Shown: positions 63,327 to 64,000 of the stretch, one piece after another
Numbering within the stretch: position 1 is the first letter of the stretch
Layout: every line of letters begins with the position of its first letter
Source of the DNA: Octopus vulgaris
Taxonomy: Eukaryota
Direction: 5' to 3'
NCBI GenBank assembly: GCA_951406725.2
Contig: OX597831.1
Coordinates: 62,062,001-62,126,000 of the forward strand
Length of the DNA: 64,000 bases
The notes under the pieces: model-generated
Told to the model about the DNA's origin: nothing
Databases searched by the model: none
Seen by the model: only the letters and a program-made list of their open reading frames with translations
Program-made: the position numbers and the translations under genes

Positions 63327-63699
63327 GTGGAGGCGCAATGGCCCAGTGGTTAGGGCAGCGGACTCGCGGTTTCGATTCCCAGACCGGGCGTTGTGAGCGT
63401 TTATTGAGCGAAAACACCTAAAGCCCCACGAGCTCCGGCAGGGGGTGGTGATGATCCCTGCTGTACTCTTTCACCACAACTTTCTCTCACTCTTACTTCC
63501 TGTTTCTGATGTACCTCTATTTCAAAGGGCCGGCCTTGTCATTCTTTGTGTCACGCTGAATATCGCCGAGAACTACGTTAAGGGTGCACGTGTCTGTAGA
63601 GTGCTCAGCCACTTACACGTTAATTTCACGACCAGGCTGTTCCGTTGATTCGGATCAACCGGAACCCTCATCGTCGTAACCGACGGAGTGCTTCCATCC
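63327..63699 (+). mobile_element. SINE family C, alternative 3' tail
   Basis: Head and first ~180 bp match the 25385 copy; tail ...ggaaccctcatcgtcgtaaccgacggagtgcttcc differs. Confidence 0.85.
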
Positions 63700-64000
63700 A
63701 TAGCGTAAATGACTTATGTCTCTTGGTCTGTACTAAGCATACCATTCAGATTTCTTAATCATCATTATAAAACAATTCTAGGGATTACAGAATATCATAC
63801 ACACATGTAAACAAGCAAAAGAAATCAATTCAAACATCAAAGGTTTCCTGTTCTGATCCGAAATCACCAGCAGCAATGATTTGGAAACATCTAACCAATG
63901 GCGTAATATTTTGCTATTCTAGAAACATTTGAAGCGAATTTGTTACATCTTGCTACATATTAATTCAGATCTATACAGCATTTGCATAATGTCTACATAC
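63700..64000. repeat. ~300-bp direct repeat, copy 2 (runs off the window)
   Basis: Near-identical to 63023-63319. Confidence 0.95.

Overview
Eukaryotic, very AT-rich, repeat-saturated intergenic or intronic DNA, most likely from a coleoid cephalopod (Octopus-like). That assignment is inferred from the three tRNA-derived SINE families and the extreme (TA)n/(TATG)n/(AAT)n content. I find no intact host gene; nearly all listed ORFs are microsatellite artefacts or decayed transposon ORFs. Recognisable relics: R4/Dong RLE-LINEs (three large, one small fragment), RTE and L1/Tx1 fragments, a Penelope RT/GIY-YIG remnant, a Gypsy integrase plus LTR, Tc1 and mariner deletion derivatives, a Helitron Pif1 helicase relic and non-autonomous Helitrons, and GGATC-TIR (Merlin-like) MITEs carrying TTAGGG. 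The most interesting layer is non-coding. There is an apparently intact type I hammerhead ribozyme (1935-2022) and several families of minimal, dimer-type hammerhead retroelements, one of which carries a tRNA-derived Pol III head. Many small elements occur as closely spaced inverted pairs. One SINE variant repeatedly joins to GGTATTT and shares its tail with an ORF1-only LINE, and another SINE is flanked by a ~300-bp direct duplication. Coordinates of decayed elements are approximate; SINE family labels A/B/C are my own.
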